Below are positions 30,149 to 42,151 of a stretch of 64,000 nucleotides of DNA, piece after piece. The stretch comes from Candidatus Latescibacterota bacterium (GTDB taxonomy: Bacteria > Latescibacterota > UBA2968 > UBA8231). The stretch covers positions 864,001 through 928,000 of the forward strand of contig CBDAOB010000004.1 in the NCBI GenBank assembly GCA_965197905.1, read 5' to 3'. Every line of letters starts with the position of its first letter. Position 1 is the first letter of the stretch. The position numbers were made by a program, and so were the translations under genes. The notes beneath the pieces are model-generated. The model worked only from the letters and a program-made list of their open reading frames with translations. It did not search any database and was not told where the DNA came from.

Positions 30149-31786
30149 CTAGCCCTTGTAGTGAACATATAGCTGCACCGCGTCCAGCACGGGGGGTGTC
30201 TGCATGGATTCATCCCGTTTCCTCGCCACTAGCTCAACCCTGTTCTCCCCCCTGTTGACCTGAGAGGGTCTTAGCTGGCATTCCAGCCACTGCCCCGCCG
30301 AGTGTGTCTGCGTAGGGCCGGCTGGCTTGAGGTCATCGAGAGGTTCATTATTGAGTTTCACTTCTATGTCGTCATTGCTTGCAAACTCCCAGAGGTGGAG
30401 ACGAAATCGCAACTCGGCGGCATTGCTAGACTCCACATCCTCACCCACCTGAAAGTGGACGCTGACGGGTCCTCCTTGCGTCAGCTCCAGTTCGCATACG
30501 TCACTGAAGCTGGAGTCACCACCGAACCGGTCCACGCCGAATATCTTGTCCTTGCCAGCCATAGTCGCGGGATCTCCGATCTCTCTCCACAGGTCGTGCT
30601 TGGCGAAAAAAGCGTTGAAGATGTAGATGCCGTCCGCGCCGGCGTTGAACAGGTTCGTCGCCGCAGCACGCCATGCCGCCATGGTTCCTTCCCACGAATT
30701 GAACGTCACCGCATAAGACGGCCTGTTGATACGCGCAGGCTGTCCGCCGTACAGCGTGCTCAACCACGACTCAAATCTGCGGTGTTCTGCCGCTCCTAGA
30801 TCGAGAAAAGCCCAATGGCCCCAGAAACTCCAGTCGATACAGGGATACACCGGCACGTCGTATTTGTGCCCCAGGTCCACGATCTCCTTGAACGACTCCG
30901 TCATCTCCGACTCGTAGCGACCGCCTGCAATCAAAATGTCGATAAGATCTGCTTGCAGCCATTTTTCCAGGTCTAACCCAACGAAACGTGCATCCGGAAG
31001 ATTGAAAGGTACGCGAGCCGCCAGCAGCACGGGACGCCCCCTTTGCTGCCCTGCTTGGTCTGCCATCTTCCTCAATCGCCGCACCAGGTCTGTCATTATG
31101 TCCAGGTGTTGCTGCTCGACGGGAAGCCACTCTAGCGTCTCGCGGAAATAAGGGAATCTCTTGAAGAAATCCATCTCTATCCCATCCACGTCGTAGTTCT
31201 GGGCGACCTCCTGGATCAACGAGAATATGTGCTCCCGGACCTGTTGAAGACTGAAGTCGAGATAAGACCAGTATTTATTGTGTGCCTTTCCCTCAATCCA
31301 GTCCCCGGGGTCGCCCATCACATATTCCGGATGTTCCCGCTTGAAGTGATCCAGAGGGAATGTCCATCTGCGCGAACCCTCGGGAAAGGAATCGGCTGCG
31401 TCGTTCATGCGCAATGACCAGAATACCTCTATGTCATTCTCGCCGCAGAAATCTGTTTGAATCCGCAGGTTATCGCGTCCATACTTCTCCACGAGCTCTT
31501 GGGGTACTCCTTTTCCGTAGAACCCGCCCAATTTCGTGTGGTGCGAGAACATGACGCCGGCCATACAACTGCAGTAGGAGATACTGTCCACCTGTGTCCC
31601 AACCAGCGGCCTGCTGCGAGCATTGAGAAAGTCATCGATCAGCTCAGCCCCGCTGCGCGCGAACAGCTTCTCCTCGACGTCATGACGACGTTCCACTCCC
31701 GTCCACGCCTCTCTCACGTCGTTTCCATCATTATTGTAAATGATGCGACGCTCGCGCCAGCGCGCGGCTCTCCTCTTCTCGTCCAT
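30149..31786 (-). CDS. GHL10-like TIM-barrel protein, paralogue 2
   Basis: Same motifs as 10374-11972; ATG 31786 after AGGAGGAG. Confidence 0.7.
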   Translation of the reverse strand: MDEKRRAARWRERRIIYNNDGNDVREAWTGVERRHDVEEKLFARSGAELIDDFLNARSRPLVGTQVDSISYCSCMAGVMFSHHTKLGGFYGKGVPQELVEKYGRDNLRIQTDFCGENDIEVFWSLRMNDAADSFPEGSRRWTFPLDHFKREHPEYVMGDPGDWIEGKAHNKYWSYLDFSLQQVREHIFSLIQEVAQNYDVDGIEMDFFKRFPYFRETLEWLPVEQQHLDIMTDLVRRLRKMADQAGQQRGRPVLLAARVPFNLPDARFVGLDLEKWLQADLIDILIAGGRYESEMTESFKEIVDLGHKYDVPVYPCIDWSFWGHWAFLDLGAAEHRRFESWLSTLYGGQPARINRPSYAVTFNSWEGTMAAWRAAATNLFNAGADGIYIFNAFFAKHDLWREIGDPATMAGKDKIFGVDRFGGDSSFSDVCELELTQGGPVSVHFQVGEDVESSNAAELRFRLHLWEFASNDDIEVKLNNEPLDDLKPAGPTQTHSAGQWLECQLRPSQVNRGENRVELVARKRDESMQTPPVLDAVQLYVHYKG

Positions 31787-31876
31787 TGAGCTCCTCCTTT
31801 TGTGCAGAATCGCCACGCCCGTTTGCAGCCCAAAAAAACGCCGAGCAACCGAGGCGGCGAGCCTTGCCGTAACTGA

Positions 31877-31903
31877 CGATAATGCCAATTATTTGCCCTA
31901 TCC
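31877..31903 (+). repeat. 27-bp oriIS-like motif, copy B
   Basis: CGATAATGCCAATTATTTGCCCTATCC. Confidence 0.7.
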
Positions 31904-31942
31904 TCAGCCGCTGACCGGCCATTGTGCCCAGTTCAGTCAGAT

Positions 31943-33134
31943 TCATACGTCATCGTGGTCGGTTCGTCCGCCCGTGAGTTCGCGGTCGTGGCTGTGGCGC
32001 AGTATCCGGGTGAGGTCGGGCGGCAGTTCGCCGCGCTGCGCTTTCATCGCCCAAACGGGTGGGAGGGCGCTCGGAGGCTGCACATAGCCCGTGTTATCGT
32101 CCGCTTTCCTGTAACAATGCAGCGAGCACCAGCGAGTTTGCCGCCCCGGGGCTTTCGGGGCGACACCGTGGGCGGCGTGGGAAAGGCAGCAAACGATCGA
32201 GCCCGGTACAGCGAGATGCTCGATCTTCAGCGGCTTGGAGGTCACCGGATGGAGTCGATCTCTGAGCCATCCCCGCCGCAACTCGTCGTCAGTCGCGGCG
32301 CGGCAGCCACTGGGGTCGCGGAAAAGATGACTGCCGGCAACCAGTTTCAGGCCGCCATCTCCCTGCGCTTCAAAACCCCGCGGATAACAGAGGGTCAGGT
32401 TGATGTTGGGCCTGGGCGCGATATTCAGACACCGTGGCGCTACCGCAGTCATCGTGTCCGCCGCCAATTCCATGACTGTGCCAACGGCCGCCGGAGTAGC
32501 CACCTGGTCGCGACAACAGTTGATGATGATCGAAGTAGATATCGTCGGATCTCAAGCACATCCGTTGCAACTCGAGAAACTGCGGATGGGTCAGCACGTC
32601 CATCAGGAACGGGATGTGGCCGGCTGGGAAGTATTCGGCAAACAGACTGTGTTGCCGCAGCGTCTGAACGCCGGCATCATCCGTCGACCGCGGGGTCTGC
32701 TGGCTGCCGCCGAGGGCGGCTTCGATCTCAGCGCTGGTGAGGAATTTCTCCGGCGGCGTACGTCCCAGGGCGAGCCAGTCAATCATGTTCCAGTCGGCCG
32801 TCAGCAGAGCGTCGTTGAGCTGCTGGCCGCGTCTGAGCGCAGTGGTCCACTCGTCGATCGCGTCCGCCGTCATGACCCCGCGAAAAACGGTGTATCCATC
32901 GAGCAGAAACGCCTCGGCATCAAACTGTGCTGAGACAGAGGCCATATCGAGCAAATCGCGGCGTTCCGCGGCCATGCGGACCCAGTCTTCAGCGGACCAT
33001 TGGACCGGAGAGCGATCGTTGGCGAGAAAGGCCGGTCGCGTCGCCCGCGCCAGTTCGTCAGTGGGGCCCTCAAGGACGCGGGCCAGCCCGACGTCGATCT
33101 CAGCGGGGTTGTGGAGCAACGGATTATTCAGCAC
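31943..33134 (-). CDS. PhyH-like dioxygenase, frameshift near 32420
   Basis: WHSH in one frame; GGLKLVAGSH and HGVAP in the next. Confidence 0.7.
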
Positions 33135-33212
33135 ACGTGCACCAGTTGGCCACGGGGAGAGACGGGACTACGTTTTTCGACAAGTTTCGGCGTTTCCGTG
33201 TCGGGGGAATGT

Positions 33213-33296
33213 ATGTCAGTTGAGCCGGTCGAGATAGGGCCACTGGAGATCGACATCCCGCAGGAGGCGCTTGACGATCTAGACGAGCACCTGTGA
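33213..33296 (+). pseudogene. Epoxide-hydrolase N-terminal fragment
   Basis: MSVEPVEIGPLEIDIPQEALDDLDEHL. Confidence 0.5.
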
Positions 33297-34424
33297 CGGA
33301 ACTGCAAGACAGACTTCAGAGATTGCTCGACGAGCTTGTCAAGTCCGGCCGCGAGCTGGGACTGCAGGCAGCGGTGTACGTCGAGGGTCAACTCGTGGCC
33401 GACGTCTGGGCAGGCGACATGAAGAGGGGGGAGGGAGCACCGACCGTCGACGGCGATACCCTGTTCACCTCATGGTCGACGACCAAGGGGTTTGTCGCCA
33501 CGTGCCTCCACATCCTGGCGGATCGCAAGCAGGTCGACTACAACACGCCAGTGGCGCAGTACTGGCCCGAGTTCGGCTGCCGGGGCAAAGAAGTGATCAC
33601 CGTGCGGCAGGCGCTCAATCACACGGCGGGAATTTCCCCAATTGCCTGCGGGCACTGCTGTCGATTCGCTCAGCGACTGGGACGGCATGTGCGCGGCGAT
33701 TGCCGAGCTCGAACCACTGTGGGAACCTGGTGTGAAGGCGGCCTATCACGCGCTGACATTCGGCTGGATCATCGGGGAGGTCGTCAGGCGTGTTGACGGG
33801 CGGTCGATCTCGGCGTTTGCTCGCGAAGAACTCTGCGAGCCCCTCGGCATCAGCGATTTCTATCTTGGAGTCCCACCAGCTGTCGAGGACCGGGTCGCCA
33901 CACTCGTCGACGATGTGGCGCCCGAGGCGGGCTCCGGTCTCCGCGAGCAGGCGCTGCCCCTGCACACCGCCACGGCTGATACAATGAATTTGCCCGCTGT
34001 GCGGCGGGCGGCAATTCCGGGAAGTGGCGGCGTCATGAAAGCCCGCGCCATTGCACGGCACTATGCTGCGCTCGCCGCCGGCGGCGAGCTGGCGGGAGTT
34101 CGCATTCTGTCAGCGGACCGCGTGGCGGCGGCGACTGCCCTGCAGACGGATGCCCGCGACGAAGTGATGGAAGTGCGCAACAGCAAAGCCCTGGGATACA
34201 TGCTCGGTGGTGTGGAGGAGGAGGGTGGCGATGTGCGCATCGGCTCCACCGGTTCGGCGTTCGGTCATCCCGGTCACGGCGGCTCGATCGGATTTGCGGA
34301 TCCGAGCAGGGCAATGGCGGTCGGTTTCACCAAGAATCTGATGACCAATCACGCAGACAGGCGATTGTCCGCAGCCTATCTTGTAGGTCAGGTCGCTCGC
34401 GACTGGGTCGATGGAAGCAGATGA
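33293..34424 (+). CDS. Serine hydrolase (class C beta-lactamase/esterase family), frameshift near 33640
   Basis: WSTTK (SxxK), LNHTAG, YHALTFG, FGHPGHGG. Confidence 0.85.
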
Positions 34425-34463
34425 GTAACTGACAGAAACGTAGGGAATGAGAGGCGATGAGCC

Positions 34464-34714
34464 ATGATGGACTGGAAAGACAACGCAACACAGATCAAGC
34501 ACGATTTCGACCGGGACGGGTATATCATCCTGCGGAGCTACCTGAGCGCGGAGGAGACTGCCGCTGTGGCGGAAAACGTCGAGCGTTATGTGTCCGACGT
34601 GCTGCCCGGTTTGCCGAGCGATTTGGCGTATTACGAGGTCAAGGTGACACCGAGACCATCATGCGCTTGAGCAGTATGACCGATCACGACAGCTACTTCC
34701 AGGAACTCATGTGA
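34464..34714 (+). pseudogene. PhyH-family N-terminal fragment
   Basis: HDFDRDGYIILRSYLS; frameshifted and truncated. Confidence 0.6.
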
Positions 34715-35091
34715 CGCGCTGTCCGGACTGTGCTTGTGGGCCTGACCTTCGACGACGGCAACAAGCCAGACGTAACCTTTGTGGCACCGCTGCTTACGTA
34801 GTTGGGCGCCACGATGTCTATCAGATAGCTCTCCATCTTAGTGGCAACTGGGCGACACCGAACCTCAATACTAATCTCTTCCAACTACATGACCGCCGTA
34901 ACGATTTCGCTTGCCCATCAATTGGCAGATACTTATACTGGCCCCGCCAAATAGCTGAACCGGCCAAAGACGCGTATTCTCCTCAGAACACCGGTGGCCG
35001 TCTTGCAAAGAAGGCAGCGTGCAAGACAGATATCGGTTGCGTCGCCCACCATGCACCGGCGTTCAGGTCCAACCTCGCGAAAGGGGCAACC

Positions 35092-37671
35092 GTGTACAGA
35101 CGGACATCGACGTTTGCAGTGACAGCTCTGCTCACTGCCGCCACGATTCACGCGCAAGATATGTCGGATTATCAGATCGAAACCGGGAAGGGAACGCTGA
35201 CCTGGGGGGAGTTCGTCGATGTCTTCGAGGGATATCGCGCCGCGACGAAGACCCATGCCTACAGTCAGATCAACTCACTGAGAAAGTCGATCCCCGGCCA
35301 CCTGGAGCTTGCGACCAAGCACTTCGGTGAGGTCAGTTCGATCGAGGCGGGCCCCGGGCGGCGGCGCAGCGATGTGTCGACTACGCCGGACAACGCGTGG
35401 AGGCGGCGACCGCCGCGGATCCTGCGGGTGAGCTGTTCCTGTTCCTGGAGACGGCAGGCGATCTGTGGAAAGGTAAGAAAGGACCTCGGGATAACTGGGA
35501 CGATGAGACAATCGTCACCCAGTACTCCCGCGATGACGATGCCGACTGCCTCAGCCCCGGGCGCGTGTCGCAGCTGGCTGCCAGCATCCGTGACAACTGG
35601 CCTCCGAAGCAGATGAAGGGCAAGCAAAGAAAAGACTACCAACCGCCGGCCGCCCCCCAGCAGGTGGCTCACGAGCAGGCCGAGCTGGACCGGCTGACTG
35701 AGGAGCTCGCCCCCCCCAGGAGGCGGCCGACGCCGCGGAGGCGGATCTGACGGACGCCCTCGAGCGGAGCAAGGTCCCCCCTACGACCAGGCCATCGAGG
35801 CGCGTGACCTGGCCGAGAGTGGCTTCGCCGAGCTGACGTACCAGATGAACAGGGAAGCGGGTCTGATGCGTCTGGTCGAGGACGCGGCACTCCAGAAGAC
35901 GCAGCCCGAGCTGGATCTGGTCAAGTATGAGAATGCGCAGCCGCACAACGGCAGCTGTGGTGGGCCGAACGAGCCCGTCTGCTACAAGCCGCTGAAGGCA
36001 GAAAAGAAGGGGGACATCGGCTGCGAAGCGGGAGATTTCTTCAGCCTTCGCAATGGTGGCGAGTGCTGGTCCTGCCCGTCGGGCTACGAGCCCACGCTCG
36101 ACGCCATGAACCCCTTTACTCTGGACACCAGTCAGCGAGCCTGCGTGAAGACGACCTCCGCGGGACACGTAAAGGCGATCAAGGGAGATCCGACACCATG
36201 GCCGTGGGAGTGCACCGGCAAGTACTTCTGGGACGTCGGCAATGCCAGATGCTACAGGTGCCCTGACGACAACCCCCATCGCACACTCCATTCCGTGACG
36301 GGCTCTAAGGCCTGCAGCAGCCCGTCCCGCACGTCCCATCACTCCGCCAGCTTCGTGAAGAAGGTCGGATGGTGCGACGCCGGGCAGTTTCCTGTGCTGG
36401 GGGAGAATTCCGGCTGCTACACCTGCCCCCGCTATTACTCGCGTGATCCCTTCCAGCCCATCGATGGAGAAGGCGCCTGTGCCCGCTCGCCCTGGCAGAT
36501 GTGTGATCCGGGCAACATGATCGTCGGCAGCCAGTGCCAGACCGCAGGCTACTGTGGCCGCGAGGGTCAGCGACCGTGTTACGTCTACGAGCGCATCCCG
36601 TCGTGTGATGCGGGGCTTGTGGAGGACTTCGGTAACGGCACCTGCCGCAAACAGGAAGCCAACCAGGCGTGCAAAGACTTCGTGACCTTGCTGCTCGAGG
36701 CGAAGGCGACGGCCGAAGACGCCAAGGTCCCGAGCGTGAAGTTCATCGACAACATCGTGGCGGCGCTCAACAAGGAGAAGGAGAAGCTGCGGAAGGAGCT
36801 GTCCAAGATCGCCGATACATCCAGTCTCGAGGCCGAAATGGCGAAGCGCACGGCGCCAATCGAGAAGCAGATCCAGCCCCTGATCGAGGTCCGCAACACA
36901 CTGAAGGACCTCGAGGCGGAGATCTTCACCGCCGACTTCCTCTGCGGGGCTACCGGACAGGAGGGGGCAGACATGTTCGCGCGGGCCGGGATCACCAAGG
37001 AGCTGCTCGCGGAGCTGCAGGGCGGTGGATCCACCGGCATGTGGCTTGACGATGGTGGCTTCGGCCTCCTGTCGGCCGCTTACGCAGATGACGGCCCCCT
37101 CGTGGAGAGCCTCGTCCTTTCCACCGGCTTCGGCGTGACGATCTCGGCCTGACCTACTCGAACGATCTCGGCACCGACGGCGAGGCCACGGGTTCACTCA
37201 CCTGGGCTATCTCTGGAGGCATGGGCACACCGGATCCCGCAGAGCCCGACCTGAAGGTCGAGCTCGTCGACACTTTCGGACTGTCCTTCAATGACGCGCT
37301 GCCCGCCAGTGACGACGACGAGTGCTCGCAAGCCTGGCACGTGCTCCCACCCTTTCAGTACGAAATCACCATTGAGGGCAAGACGGGTAACCCTAAGATC
37401 GATTACGCACTGAATCTGCCGTCGGCACTGGGGTTTGGCTGGGAGATCGACTTCAACAAGCTGCCGTGCCTCGGCTATGAGAGTGCTGCCGACTTTGCCC
37501 GGGATGCTCTGCCCGAGATCAGCATCACCACGGCGCACCAGGTCTTTCCCAAACCGGATTCGTCCTCAACCGAGGCCGCGATCGAGGTCGAGACAAACCT
37601 GGGTTACGAGGGGGATGCGCCCGGCGCCTCGGCGGAGGGTAGCTTTTTCTAGACCCGTGCGCCGGTTCTAG
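35092..37671 (+). pseudogene. Large secreted Cys-rich repeat protein broken by several frameshifts (core ORF 35845-37152)
   Basis: Signal peptide MYRRTSTFAVTALLTAATIHA; repeats CWSCPSGY, CYRCPDD, CYTCPRYY; coding-like sequence continues across frames. Confidence 0.55.
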
Positions 37672-37788
37672 ATGGGTTGCATGGAAGGGCCCGATCCGAG
37701 TCGCGATCCCCTTCGTTTCTTCAGCCTGTGAACCATCTGACGCGTGACGTCTGTCCTCAACTACCACGATTCGCGAAGGAGGAAACAG

Positions 37789-38295
37789 ATGGGCTTTCCG
37801 CACCTGTCATTCGTTGCTTTCGCCCTGGGGCTGGTCGCCTCCGGGTGCACCACCCACGGGATCCATCAGGCACGGACCAATGTGTCCGAGCACGGCATCA
37901 CGGCGATCTCGTATCCCGAGAACCACCGCGTCGCCTTCCTGAAGAAGAACCACGACATCGAGCATCTGTGCGCCGGGCCCGGCATCGACGTGGCCAGCAG
38001 CTCCGTGGGGGGATTCTCCCTCGGTCTGTCCGGCGGACCTGTGGCTGGCGACAAGGTCGGCAACACTAGAGAGACGGTGGAAACGAGCCTGGGCGGCCGG
38101 GATGCATCGGTGCTATTGGCGCGGGAGATCCTGTTCCGGACCTGCGAGGCCGCGATGAACCACGAGTTCCCACCCGAGCAGGCGCTGAGTCTGCTGCGAG
38201 ACGCGTTGAAGACCATCCAGGCGATCGCCGCGGCGCACGACGACGTAGGCACCGATGCGACCCAGGGGCCGGAGTTCATCAAGCCCGCCGACTGA
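37789..38295 (+). CDS. Hypothetical lipoprotein
   Basis: AGGAGG RBS, lipobox VASGC. Confidence 0.7.
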   Translation: MGFPHLSFVAFALGLVASGCTTHGIHQARTNVSEHGITAISYPENHRVAFLKKNHDIEHLCAGPGIDVASSSVGGFSLGLSGGPVAGDKVGNTRETVETSLGGRDASVLLAREILFRTCEAAMNHEFPPEQALSLLRDALKTIQAIAAAHDDVGTDATQGPEFIKPAD

Positions 38296-38368
38296 CGGAT
38301 CCCGATTCAAGGAAGCGGCGGCTGCCGCCAGATTCGGTCTCCCTCCGCACCCAACTCACGGAGCCGGC

Positions 38369-38450
38369 CTCATCGCCGTCCTCACCGACCCAAGTTCGAT
38401 CCGCCGCTGTCTGCACAGTATGGGCTTGCCGGCGCGGGCGCCACCGCGCC
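38369..38450 (+). mobile_element. IS91-family transposase C-terminal remnant
   Basis: LIAVLTDPSSIRRCLHSMGLPARAPP. Confidence 0.7.
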
Positions 38451-38502
38451 GCTTCGACGCTTTTCCCAGGCGCCGAGCGGCACGCAATAACCAGGAGGTA
38501 CC

Positions 38503-40701
38503 ATGGCACGATCGCGTTACACCGCCGAGCTCTTGCGGAAAATCCCGTACGAAGACCGCGTCTGCCGCATTGAGCACTACCCGGAATGTTTGAGTCCCGA
38601 CGTACGCGACGAGCCACGCGCGACTATTCAACAGGAAGTCGACGCCATCGCCGATGCCGGTACCCAGGTCTGGAGCATCGGGGCGATGCGCCACAACCCC
38701 GAAGGCGTCGGGAAAGGCCGTTCGTGGCCCTTATGGGACTCCAAGATGATTCCGCGTCCGGAAGAGTGGGCTGAGGACGCGGAGCGCTTGAAGGAGTTCG
38801 TGGAGGTGGCCCACAAACGGGGGATACTCATGCTGAGCTACTACCCGTTCATCTTCACCACGCCAATCCACAGGCAGCATCCGGAGTGGGGCATTCAAAT
38901 GCTTGACGATGGCGGCGTAGAGGTCTGGAACGAGGGGTGGCTGTGCTGGAACTCCCCGTACCGCGATTGGCTGCCGCAATACCTCAACGAGATGATTGAG
39001 TACTTCGACCTGGACGGCGTCTACTTCGATGATATGAACTGCGGATCCCATTCCGATGCCGGGCAGCGCCGCACGGGTGGGTGCACCTGCGCCTTCTGCA
39101 AGGAGCAGTACCTGGCCGAGACCGGTCGCGAGCTGCCAACAACAGTCGACATGGAAGACGCGGATTTCCGCCGGTATGTCGCCTGGCGCTACGGGAAATT
39201 CAACGACGGTGTGGAGCACGTGGCCAAAGGCGTCTACGCAAAACACCCGGACGCAGTCCTGGATTGGAACTATTATGGCCGGCCATACGGCAGCCCGGAC
39301 ACCGGTTGGATGTCGAGCCATCCACTGAATCCACTGCCCACCACCACCCACTTCTTCATGGAGGCCGGGTTGGACAATCTCGGCATGAGTTTTCCCGCGA
39401 AGCTGCTGCGAGCCGCCGGGCCCTCGTTCGGGTACTTCTTCAATGCGTCGAGAAGTGCCGGAAGTATTGGGCCTTCACCGAATCCGGAACCCCACACCGG
39501 CGCCGTCGCGGCACTGTCTGCCGTTGCCCGCGGCGGTGCTTCGGTAACGGTCGGTGTTCACGCGGGTTCGTTTACCCATTGGGGCGATGCGTTGGAATCG
39601 ATCTTCTCGGAGGCGAAGAAGCTGCGGCCGCACGTGAACGGAGAATCGGTCAAGCATGTCGCCTTCCATGTCTCGCAGCAAAGCAGAGACTTTCATTATT
39701 ACACCGACATCGACGAATTCTGGAAGTTGTGCCGGGGCAGCGAAGAGATGCTGAAACGTTCGCAACTGCTCACCGAAGTGGTCTTCGACGACCACCTCAC
39801 ACTGGATACTCTGTGTGGGTATAAGGTGTTGATGCTCTCGAACAGCGGGTGTCTATCCGACGGCCAGGTGGATGCGATCCGCGAGTTCGTCAACCGCGGC
39901 GGTTGCCTGATCGCCACCTACCAGAGCTCGCTATTCGACGAACTCGGGCAGAAGCGCAGCAACTTCGGGCTGGCGGATGTTCTGGGCGTCGACTGCGCAA
40001 CCCCGGAAAGGGGAGAAATCCTCGATTCGGAAGACGGGACGACAGATTCTGGCGAGACCAACATCATCGTGCCACAGACCGAACAATTGAAGGCCATGTT
40101 TGGACATTTTCTCGCGTTCGAGGCCGGGCAGACCGAGATCTCTGTGCGTTCGGCTTCGGAGCCGGAGGTTCTTTTTACCAAGAGCGGATTGAAACGGAGG
40201 GGCACTAGGGGACCGCTGTCCGGTGAGTTCTTCGACAGGCCCGATCTCGATTCCGGACGACCTGCCCTTACCCGACACCGATTCGGAAAAGGCACGGCGA
40301 TCTACATATGTGGGGACCTTGGTCAGGGGTTCTATCGCAGCCCTTTGCCACAGCTTCGGCAGCTACTCGACCTGCTGGCGCGGACGACACAGCCGGCCAT
40401 CGAAGTAGAGGCGCCGCAGGTGATCGACGTGACCGCCTGCCGAAGCGATCCGGGACAGCTGATGGTTCACCTGTTGAACAATCCGTTTCCCATGCTTCCC
40501 TGGGACACCTCCCGGGGTTCCCCCTATTTCTGCATCGACGAAATCTTGCCGGTGCAAAATGTGGTGATTCGCCTGAACGACTCTAGGGCCGGGTCGGCGT
40601 CGTTGCCCCTGCGCGACCAGTCGTTGACACCAAGCTCCGACGGCAAGCAGATCACCGTCCCCGAGGTTGGCTTGCACGAGATCGTGCTGATCGATTCGTG
40701 A
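38503..40701 (+). CDS. Glycoside-hydrolase-like protein (GHL6/GH42-like, with trimerisation-type domain)
   Basis: LCWNSPY, DGVYFD, CTCAFC, LSDGQVDAIREFVNRGG. Confidence 0.75.
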   Translation: MARSRYTAELLRKIPYEDRVCRIEHYPECLSPDVRDEPRATIQQEVDAIADAGTQVWSIGAMRHNPEGVGKGRSWPLWDSKMIPRPEEWAEDAERLKEFVEVAHKRGILMLSYYPFIFTTPIHRQHPEWGIQMLDDGGVEVWNEGWLCWNSPYRDWLPQYLNEMIEYFDLDGVYFDDMNCGSHSDAGQRRTGGCTCAFCKEQYLAETGRELPTTVDMEDADFRRYVAWRYGKFNDGVEHVAKGVYAKHPDAVLDWNYYGRPYGSPDTGWMSSHPLNPLPTTTHFFMEAGLDNLGMSFPAKLLRAAGPSFGYFFNASRSAGSIGPSPNPEPHTGAVAALSAVARGGASVTVGVHAGSFTHWGDALESIFSEAKKLRPHVNGESVKHVAFHVSQQSRDFHYYTDIDEFWKLCRGSEEMLKRSQLLTEVVFDDHLTLDTLCGYKVLMLSNSGCLSDGQVDAIREFVNRGGCLIATYQSSLFDELGQKRSNFGLADVLGVDCATPERGEILDSEDGTTDSGETNIIVPQTEQLKAMFGHFLAFEAGQTEISVRSASEPEVLFTKSGLKRRGTRGPLSGEFFDRPDLDSGRPALTRHRFGKGTAIYICGDLGQGFYRSPLPQLRQLLDLLARTTQPAIEVEAPQVIDVTACRSDPGQLMVHLLNNPFPMLPWDTSRGSPYFCIDEILPVQNVVIRLNDSRAGSASLPLRDQSLTPSSDGKQITVPEVGLHEIVLIDS

Positions 40702-40740
40702 GCGATCGACCCGCGTGCTAGCCTGAAGGGAGAAATCGGA

Positions 40741-42048
40741 ATGAAGGTAACCATCTATTGTGCCACGCTGCTGGCTTTCACTTGCCTGAGCGAGATCGCC
40801 GCCGAGTCGAACTGGCCGAACTGGCGCGGTCCCAGCCGAAATGGACTAAGTCCAGACAAAGGGCTACCCGTGAACTGGGGGCCGACGGAGAACATCGTCT
40901 GGAAGACCGCTTTGCCCTCCTGAGGTGCCGGCACGCCCATCGTCTGGGGCGACCGCATCTTCGTGACATCCGCGTCAGGAACCGAAGCCGATGCGGTGGA
41001 GCCGACAAAGCGCGGCGGCGATGCCGGTGGGCCTGCCCTGCTTCTCATCTGCATCGCCAAGGAGACCGGCACGGTGCTCTGGCAGCGGGAGCTAGACAGG
41101 GGGAATCAGTACCATCGAAAACACAACCTTGCATCCCCTTCGCCAGTCACCGACGGAAAAAACGTGTGGACGGTAGCGGGCACTGGCATGGTGAGCGCCT
41201 TCGACATGGAAGGCGAGCAGCTCTGGCGCAAGAATCTCCAGGAGTTATACGGCCCCTTTGGTCTGATATTCGGGTACGCCGCTTCTCCGTTGTTGCTCGA
41301 CGACAAGCTGGTCATCGAAGTGTTGCACGGGTACAAGACGGACGATCCCTCGTACCTGGTCGCCTTCGATGCGTTGAGTGGCGATGTAAAGTGGCACCAG
41401 GAGCGACCTACGGACGCCGTCAAGGAATCGCCCGATGCCTACACCACGCCGACGCTTCTTCGCCGCAACGGAAAGAGCGAGATTGTCGTCTCAGGCGCGG
41501 ATTATGTGACCGGTCACGATCCTGACACCGGCGCAGAGCTCTGGCGTATCGCCGGCCTTAATCCGGAAAAGGAGGGCAATTACCGCGTCGTCGGCTCACC
41601 AGTTGTCGTGGACGGAATGATCTACGCGCCTACCCGCAAGCGACCTCTGCTCGCCATCCGGGCCGACGACGACCGACCTCGTATTGCCTGGCGATTTATG
41701 GGAAAGGCAGCCCCCGACGTTCCCACCCCCGTCAGCGACGGCAGCCGCTTCTTCATGGTGGACGACCAGGGCATCGCCACCTGTCTCGATGCCAAGACCG
41801 GTGAAGCGGTCTGGGGACCGGAACGCACCGCCCAAGGTGTGGTCAGTGCCTCACCCATTCTGGCGGACGGCAAGCTCTTCATCACCAATGAGAATGCCGT
41901 CACCACGGTGCTAGAAGCGGGACCTGTATTCAAGATGCTGGCCACCAACGAGCTGGATGGCAGCTACACCCTCTCTTCTCTCGCCGTGAGCGATTCGCGG
42001 ATCTTCATACGAACGGCGACCCACCTCTACTGCATCGTCAAGACCTGA
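40741..42048 (+). CDS. PQQ-binding-like beta-propeller protein; in-frame TGA at 40921-40923
   Basis: NWPNWRGP...WKTALPS*GAGTPIVWGDRIFVT; the frame continues past the stop. Confidence 0.85.
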
Positions 42049-42151
42049 TGAAGCACGGCAGACGGATCTGGAGTCGATGCGATGGGAATTCTGCCGAATG
42101 GCGGTTGGTTCACGAAGCGAACCTGTAGGAGTAGAGTTCAGGGAGAGGACA

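Noticed and set aside
35551..37197. 548-aa minus-strand ORF and similar long antisense ORFs
   Set aside because: Shadow frames of GC-rich genes with no recognisable motifs
40921..40923. In-frame TGA at a likely Trp position as evidence of recoding
   Set aside because: TGA ends many genes here, including this one at 42048, and TGG is used for Trp; a point change or error is simpler
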